Shown here in pieces: positions 56,054 to 64,000 of a DNA stretch of 64,000 bases. A program made the translations under genes and the position numbers. Location: assembly GCA_002269645.1 (NCBI GenBank), contig NIVC01001210.1, forward strand, positions 248,001 through 312,000. The letters run 5' to 3'. Position 1 is the stretch's first letter; each line of letters begins with the position of its first letter. The DNA is from Macrostomum lignano. Its lineage: Eukaryota. A model generated the notes under the pieces. The model was not told the origin of the DNA, made no database searches, and worked only from the letters and a program-made list of their open reading frames with translations.

Positions 56054-58681
56054 TTAAACAGTGGAGCCGCTGCTCTCTTCCTGGTTTTCATTGCCACTTC
56101 TCGCCCTGGGTGGTCGCCGAGGTGGCAGCTGAGGCGGCTGGGATTCTTGCTGCTGCTGCTGCTGCTCCTGCTGCTCTCGCATCTGTATCACCTGAATGAT
56201 CTCTTCGTACTTCGGTGGCTCCTCGTCGGCAGCAAAGCCCGAGTTGGAGGCTCCTGCGGCCACCTCTTCGTAGCTAGGCGGCATGTCCGGCCTGCGGCGC
56301 GTCCTGTCAGAGCAAAGGCCGGGCGGCAGCCGACCGTCCGACACAGTTACCGGTGGCGCCCGGCTGTGGTCAGCGAGGCCTCGAGGCCCGCGACCCCACC
56401 AGAGGCGCCTCTTTCGAAAGCAGATGGACAGCGTCAGAAAAGCCACGACGCTAACTGAGATGCCGAGAACAATGCGAAGGATAAGGGACCAGGCATAATC
56501 TCCAGATCTTTCGTAGCAGTTAAGCTCGTCACTGGCATCCGGGCAATGTATTCGACCATCGCAACGATATCTCTCCAGAATACACTGCTGCCGATTGGAA
56601 CATCTCCATTCTGAAGTAGTTTATTCAAAAGACTTAGTCTAATTAGTATGGCACTTCTGCTAGTACCGATATACTCGTAATACGAGTATTTTAGAGAACA
56701 AGGGAATAATTTTTCTATCTAGTATCCGTATTTCATATATCTTTCAATCTCTAGAAATACTGGAAATACTCGTAGCTAAACAACAAATTTACCACGCACC
56801 ATTGGATCCACATTGCACTGATCCGTTGTTTTCGACATTACAGCTGCCCTCAAATACGCTCAAGTCATCCAGTAGCACCGTAGATAATTCGTATCGATCC
56901 TCAGCTAGCATAGTGACACTTATGATTGGTGATTTTGGGAGCATCGTCATAAAAGTGCCACTCAGACGGTTCCATTGGTTCATTGGCATAGTTGTCGTTA
57001 GCAAGACAAATTCATTAGGAAGAATCCCGGATATCCGAGCCTCAACCGTGACGCTGTAGCCGCTGTATCCGACACCATTGAACCAGATTTCAAAGCACCA
57101 AACACGGTCGAATGCCAAGCGACGCTTGGACTCCAGTTGTCCTTTGAAATTGGTTCCCGGACGCAGACGGAGAACCCGTTGCGGCAGTGGTGGCATCGTC
57201 CGGTCTGGCACCGATATCGAGGTGTGGTCCGATATGCTGACTCTCAACTCTTTTGCAACGCTAACGTCGGTGACGACTGGCAAGTTGGTGGCCTCCCAGC
57301 CGCAGGTTGACCACTCAAAAGAGCAAACGAACGGCATCCGGCTCTCATATGCAGACTTGTCGCAGGCAGCCGGCTCAGCACTCAAGTCGTCAAACCAGTG
57401 CGCTGCCGTAGTCTGATTGCGTTGTTTCGACAGAAAGGCATGAACATAGATCCATTTATTCGTGAATCCGGGTTCTAGCTGGATTTCAGCCAAGCTCCAA
57501 GAGTAAAAACTTTTGCGAGCTGGCAGTCGGAGCAGGACTCGGCCACCATTCGGCTCCGACAGAGTCAGGGCCTCGTTGTCATCGGTGAAGCCACTAGAGA
57601 ACCAAAACAACCGGTAGCAGGATGCGGACCGCGTGTTGGCAGCCCATCTAATTCCGTACAGCCAATAGTAAAGCGGAAGTGAATTGGTGTTGCCCATCCG
57701 AATTTTGAGACTGCAATCGCGGGTGTCAGAGAATGGGAATTGGCGCGAGTGGTCGGTACGACAGTCACGTTCGGTTCCCCAAGTCGAGAGGCTATGTGCG
57801 CTAGCCTGACCTAGGGCAAAGTTGGTGCCAAAACTGCGGTTTGAATTGCAGCGCGCGTGCTCGTAACTTTCATCGCTTGATTGACCAGCGAAGAAGTCGC
57901 TTTGGTACAACTGGCCGTTGTTTCTGCCACAGTCAATTACTGAATTACAGCGGGCGCTGGAAAGCACATTCATGGAGGATTTTTTCTTGTATTTATGGAG
58001 GATAAACAGTATTTCCCCATGTATAATGAACTTTGGTTAATAAAGTGCCTTTTGGTCCTTTTTTGAAGCTCACCTTTCGTTTAAATAGCTGCCATCCAAG
58101 CACCGGTGAAGACCCAAGAAACTTGAATTGTTGTCTATCACTGTCCCCGAGTCCATAGCCTCGTACTCAGCGTAGAAGCGAGTCATTCTACCAATACTGT
58201 TCTCATAAAATTTCCGATTGACCACAGCCACCAGATGAGTGGACATTTGGTAGTTGCAATGCATGCAGAGCGGTCCGTTATGCAGATTTGATGGCCACTT
58301 GTGCACAAATTTACTAGCGTTGGCTCTCTCCCATAAGAGCGAGCCGTTCCCAGTGTAGATAAGGACCGCGTCGAAATGACTCGAACCTCCGACCATAATT
58401 TGCGTCTCCTTGTCCGAGTTCTCGTTCACAGTGAAGAGTTCCAACTCCTTGAATCGAAAGCACAGGACATCGGAGGCGAAGCTTAGTTGCACTTTGAATT
58501 CGTAGACACAATAGGACTCCGTTGGCAGCGAGTGTGGAAAATTTTCGCTGACGAAAACTCCTCGACTGTTAGCGCTTGTTGGACGGCCGTCGACGGTAAA
58601 CACTTCTCTGCAAGCGAGACAGAAATTCGCATGTTGAAGAAGCTGCAACACCGACAGCAGAAGCAGCAATTTTCCTGTCAT
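56054..58681 (-). CDS. Receptor paralog B: same architecture; exons 58681-58074, 57956-56800, 56610-56054 (773 aa)
   Basis: Exon lengths 608/1157/557, phases 2 and 1; EWRCSNRQQCILERYRCDGRIHCPDASDELNC LDLa; TM; PPSYEEV, PPKYEEI, poly-Q and PPQLPPRRPP tail. Confidence 0.9.
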
Positions 58682-60566
58682 TTGAGAAGAGTTTTTTGCT
58701 TCTATATGTCTGAATCTACTCTTGGATAAAAATTCGAGGTGTATATAGGTAAATCAAAGTATTGGGTCGATGCACTGAGCGTAAGTGGCTGGCTCTGTTT
58801 GCTAGCTATACACTTATTTCTTTGCTTTTCAGTATTTCCACCAGCAAATAAACTCTAGCATAAACAGTTTTTTTCAATGCGATAAGATATTGTGCACTTG
58901 CTGGGCCAGTAGAGGGGAGTTAGATACCGAACCTGCTCACTGCCTTTCAGCTCGCAGCAGTCTGAGTTGCCATGGCGATAGGCTTGTGCAGTGCAGGACT
59001 CGAGATTACTCGAGGTTGAGAATTGGAAGCCTGCGAGATATCGCTTTTCGCAGGCCTTATTAACTGTAGCAAATTTCCTGACACATCCGCAACCTGAGTA
59101 GTTCTCTAGAGGATGTTGGCGGTAAAATATTTTGGATTAAACTATATGCATTTTGAAAGAACTATGAGCATATCCTGAGTCTCAAATAACTCCAAAAAAA
59201 GCAATCAAGTGGCCAGAATGAAAGGCTAAAGGTGTCCCCAAGTAACGTCTAAGCCTGTCTTTTTCTCTTTATGGAACCCAATGATTAAAATTTTGCAGGG
59301 CCTTTATAGGCTTTATCTCTTAGCTTTGTTTTGGTTGAAAAAACAAAATAGACCCAATTTAGTTGGATTCGCTGCAATACGGATGCTATGGAGATGAAAT
59401 ATAAAGTTTTAAGATGAAAGTGTAAGCATCATTACATGTAAATTATACTGCAAAGACTCGGTGAGTTTTATGCATCTGTTTATTCTTAGAACGCGTAGCG
59501 AACTCCGGTCGGAGGGGCTGTTACACCTCGAGTTGTTATAATTCTACACATTGGCTGGTGAATTTTATTATTCCATCTGATAAATTCTGTTTATCCAGAA
59601 ATTTAAAGAAAGCTACGAGGTAGGTTTTAAACTTTGTTCTCTTGATGCCTCTGGATTAAGCTGAAAATATGTAAATATTTTTAATCTTTTTCTATTTCGT
59701 ATGAGCGTAGCTCATGTCCTGGATGGTGTCACACATTATAGCGACCGTTACTAGCAGGTAGCACGTACCTGCATCGGACTCACTCCTATAACCGGCTTTA
59801 GCAATTTCATCTGAACACAATTGAAGTAGCAATATACTTCATTTTTATTCGTAGCTCTAGTGCAATCTACGCGTTTTGTTTAGTTCATAGGCACTGCAGG
59901 TTCACTTTACATAGAGCGCGCGCTCTGAGCAATTGCCGGGCATAACTGGTCTATTATACTCGGATGCTTTACTAACAATAGTTGCGCACTCAGCTAAGAG
60001 TATCAGAGCCAACTGGACAGCCCCCCATCGGGGTGCAGGCCGGCAATTGTAGTTAGACAAAGCGCGCTGTTATTGTAAGAGCCTGCCATATGGCTTCATA
60101 GGGGCTAATTGGCATCGTACGCACTGGCGTGGCGCACTTATGATTTTCTAATTGGGCGAGAATTAGCATAATTATAAACGGATAGAACGGTAGACGAAGC
60201 CTCTATCTTTTTATCCGTATTGCATTGGTTGCTTCTGCATAGTGGTGGGGGGTAGACTGGACCACAATCTCCTAGCTATTGAATACACAGTTTGTAATTG
60301 TACATATAATGACATGAGTAGTCATACACCAGCCTGCAGCCCTGCTGTGCACACTTGTCTGCTACGGTCCCCTAAAAGCGCCGCTCCAGAGAGTGCACCC
60401 GATCGGATGCTATATATATAAGATAAGCGTAGAAGCTCTTCGGCAAAAGAAAAAAAGAAAAAAATGGAAAATTCTCTATGCTCGTAAAGCGCAACGATTT
60501 TGTCAGTACGAGCCGTAATAGTAAGTAAATTTTTCTGAACCCTAGATACTTCGGCCTACCGATTGC

Positions 60567-60677
60567 GCATGCAATGAGTGGCCGACATTAGCCATCTAAC
60601 CGAATACAGTTCCGGTTTTATAATGCACATGATGCATAAGAGCTGCTTGTAGTTTAATGTCGCCACTCATTGCATGC
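60567..60677. mobile_element. 111-bp MITE-like palindrome with about 24-bp TIRs
   Basis: GCATGCAATGAGTGGCCGACATTA ... TAATGTCGCCACTCATTGCATGC. Confidence 0.6.
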
Positions 60678-61149
60678 CTATGCGAGCCTGAAGCAACTTC
60701 ATTTCAGCTTACCATTGTCCCTATTTCGCATGAGGCAACCTTTTTTTCTGTCTTTGGAATCATGCGATGTATAACAACGTGAAAAAAAATGCATGCAAGT
60801 TTTTAAATAGGTCAGAAACAGCATTCAAGGCTAGCTAGTAAGCTCGTCAGACGCTAGGTAATGCGTCTGACTCGCACATTAATTTGGGGCTCGGGCAGGG
60901 GATTTTGCAATTCTCGCCCAAGAGCCCTTTAAGTCTCAGAGGTTTGTTCGTGCCTGACGATAAGAAAGTTAGAGGGCCTCCGTACTCTGCGTGCCTGCCG
61001 TGTACAGAGTGCCTAGAGTGTGTGTCGGAGTACATGCGTGTCAGCTGTGGTCAGCGGAGTGTACACGACTGCTTGTTCCCTCCCTCGCTGCCTGCTGGGT
61101 CAACTGTCGTTCTTTATCTACTGGAAAAATAACTAACTTCATGTAGCCA

Positions 61150-61335
61150 CAGGGGCGTCGCCACCGGGAAGGGGGACAGGGGGGAGGCATGCCCCACCCA
61201 GTGAAAGCTAAAGCCCCACCCCACCTTGTGACCCGTTGGGGAAATCCGTAGTTTTGCTTTAGGGCGCCAAAATATAACGCCTTTGGCGCCAAAATGAGTG
61301 CCTGTGGCGCCAAAATGAGTGCTGGCAACACCGAT
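61150..61335 (+). mobile_element. End fragment of a GC-rich non-autonomous DNA element with GGCGCCAAAAT internal repeats
   Basis: CAGGGGCGTCGCCA start, G/C runs, three GGCGCCAAAAT units; no partner TIR found. Confidence 0.35.
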
Positions 61336-62058
61336 TCTCAAAAAATGTACATGTGGGAATTTAGTCATGTACTGAGTACATGTAAGACGTAGATTTCATG
61401 GGGACGCCCCTGCGTAGCCGCCAACTGAGTCAGACTAGCCAAGAGCTTGAGTTAGAATATAGCCAAGCGCTCAGGTACTCGAACTCTGTTTCAAACTCAT
61501 GTCACACTAATATGTTATATGTTATTTATTTCTTAGGACTAGTTGTGATTACTTATCGTAGATTGCCTATACTTACGAGTATAGTGGAACCCAATAAGTT
61601 GATTTACAGTCTTATGATGCCGAGTTAAATATTCCAATTGATTACACTCTAGCAAGGACTATTCAAACATCCTTGAGGTTACTGAGTTAGTAACGCTTGG
61701 TCATTCGCAAAGCAACAAAACACTAAGTAAGTAACAATAGGCTAACTATTAAGAAACGCACTTTTGATTCGTTGGATACATTCGTGCACCAGGTAAATAA
61801 TTTTAGATAATCTCATTCATTACTGAAAAGTACTTCGTATGATGTTTAGTGTACAACGGCTACGTCCAAACAAATCAAGACGTGGGAAATTCTTCAAGTT
61901 TCTGTTAGTCGACATATCTAACTGTTATAGCCCGCCATCTAAATAGAATTTGAATTTCTCTTCTAGTTAGGCATCGCATTTCACAGTTGCGGAGTTGCAG
62001 ATTTGACAGTTCGATAGCGGAGAAACCCGCGTCCAGTCAGTTGACGACTTCACAAAAG

Positions 62059-64000
62059 CTAATGTTGGGGGTGAAGTTCTTCGTACTTTGGCAGCCCCTC
62101 AGTTGCCTCCTCGTAGCTTGGTGGCGCCTCTGGTAACTCATCCAGGCCTGTCGATTGTGCTGCAAAATTACCTGCCGTTTGATGGCTGCTACGAGCAGAC
62201 CTGAGCCGACTGTACTGGTAAGCCCCCAGAAGCAGAAGCAGAATCACTACAACGCTGAGCGGCAGGATGGCTGTCCAGTTTGGCGCCGCGGCTACGAAGC
62301 AATGAGCTTCGTCGCTTTGATCACCGCAATCAAAGTGACCGTCGCATATCTGGTTGACTTGAACGCACTGCTTCCTGTCAGAACAGAGCCATTCTGAAAG
62401 AAGTACGAGGTACGAAGTATATATGATCTGTCAGAATTGGCAGGGATCTGAAGTCACGCTTAGGTTTCTAGTAGCCAGAAGATTTTGACTTTGGGATTTA
62501 ATCAGATTTTGATTCCAGATTTGGAGCATGAGCAGCCAGCGAATAAATAGTATAAGTTTGCACAAACCTAGTATCCCACACTCTACTGTGCCATTAACTT
62601 CGTATTGGCGAAAGCATGAATCATCAACAATGCTCATATCGTCTAAAAACACGGCACGGGTTGTATTGCTTGACTTCACTCTGAATCTGATTGCTACGTT
62701 TGGATGCCTCGACTGTCTTCCAGCTTCGACGCCAAAGGTGCCGGACAGGAGACGCCACTGATTGTTCGGCACGGTGAGGGTCAGAAATGTCCAGCTCTCT
62801 ATGCCGGACAGCAAGTCGATAATGACGTCAATTTTAAAACTGTAGTCTCCGTCACCTAATCCGTACACCCAGATATCGAAGCACCATGAGCTGCCAAATG
62901 ACAAGCTGCGCTCGTACCAAATGCTTGCCATCCAGCTAGTCTCTGGGGTCATGTGAAGCATCCGCTGAGGCAGCCGGGGAACCCTCCGGCCTAGCACCGA
63001 GCTCGAAGTGTGGTCCGACATATTGACTCCGAACTCCTTTTCAACGCTCGCGTCAGTGACAACTGTCAAGTAATTCGTTTTCCAGCCGCATGTTGACCAC
63101 TCAAATGAGCATATGGACAACATGCGTTTCCCATATGCTGAGTCGTTACAGGCTGCGGGCTCGGCACTCAGGTCATCCAACCAATATGTGCCAATCGTTC
63201 GATTCTGCTGCTCCGATTGAATCGCAAGCGCATCGATAGAGCTGCCTGTGAATCCAGGCTCAATCTGCACCTCAGCGATGCTCCAGGTATAGAATCTCCA
63301 TCGAGCCGGCAATCGGAGCAGAGCTTTCCCACCGTTCGGCTCTGCCAGCGTCAGTGCCTCATCGTCTTTGTTGAATCCACTGGAAAACCAGAAGAATCTG
63401 TAGCAGGTTGCAGATCCCGGATTGCCTGCCGCCAGCAGACCAGACAGGCGAAGTTCCGGTATGAACGCTTTCGCTGATTTGGGTTGCAGCATAAGACTAC
63501 AGTCGCGAGAATCAGATAAGCTGCTAAATAGACGCGAATGATCCATTGTGCAGTCCAACTGAATGTCAGCAAGACTGTGTGCACTGGCCTGGCCTCGTGC
63601 AAAATTGGTTCCGAAGCTACGGGTTGAGTTGCAGCGTGCATGCTCGTAGCTTTCATCGCTTGATAAGCCCTCAAAGAAGTCGCTGCTGTTAAAATAATTT
63701 TCACAATCGTTGACTGTATTGCAGCGATCGCTGAAACGGAACAAATTTCGAAAATAAATTATAGTTTCAATTGAAATGTTGTCAAGTTTGTGACTGGGTA
63801 GAAATACTGGATTGGTTAGTTGTTGAGGTAAAATCTAAATTACCTAACCCTTTGGATGCTCCAAAGTTAATGTAGAATTTGATTTACCTTTTATCAACGT
63901 ATGTGCCATCCAGGCATCGATGCCGCGTCTCAGTACTTTTGATGAAGCCGGGGTTAGTCTGCCAGTTCGGATCATTAATATTAATCGCCTCATATAAGGC
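62059..64000 (-). CDS. Receptor paralog C (5' partial): exons >64000-63888, 63730-62568, 62393-62059
   Basis: RHRCLDGTYVDK AG|GTAAAT donor; same intron phases 2 and 1; EWLCSDRKQCVQVNQICDGHFDCGDQSDEAHC LDLa; TM; PPSYEEA and LPKYEEL. Confidence 0.88.

Overview
Eukaryotic, intron-containing, very repeat-rich invertebrate DNA. The GC-rich exons, short introns and abundant micro/minisatellites resemble a flatworm such as Macrostomum, but that is inference only. Host genes supported from the sequence are a terminal exon of a zyxin/LPP-type LIM protein, a 5-exon REXO5-like DEDDh exonuclease, a 2-exon SNX22/24-like PX protein, a 2-exon galactose-3-O-sulfotransferase and a disrupted ACSF2-like acyl-CoA synthetase. 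A tandem array of three minus-strand paralogous receptors also occurs (signal-CUB-LDLa-MAM-MAM-LDLa-TM-double PPxY tail; third copy runs off the window). Mobile DNA includes a full-length I-group LINE with a 14-bp TSD and TAATG stop-start overlap nested inside the TIR of a deleted Tc1/IS630-like element, and a second Tc1/IS630-like element with DD32E spacing. There is also a 0.9-kb mini-LTR element whose PBS is a 53-nt tRNA-Ser copy, a 3.5-kb CACTA/EnSpm-like element, Helitron and Crypton-like remnants, tRNA-derived SINEs and MITE-like palindromes. The top leads are the receptor array (divergent ectodomains, homogenised tails), the extended-PBS mini-LTR, and CpG-free blocks over old transposon interiors. 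All alignments and counts were done by eye; no database searches were run.
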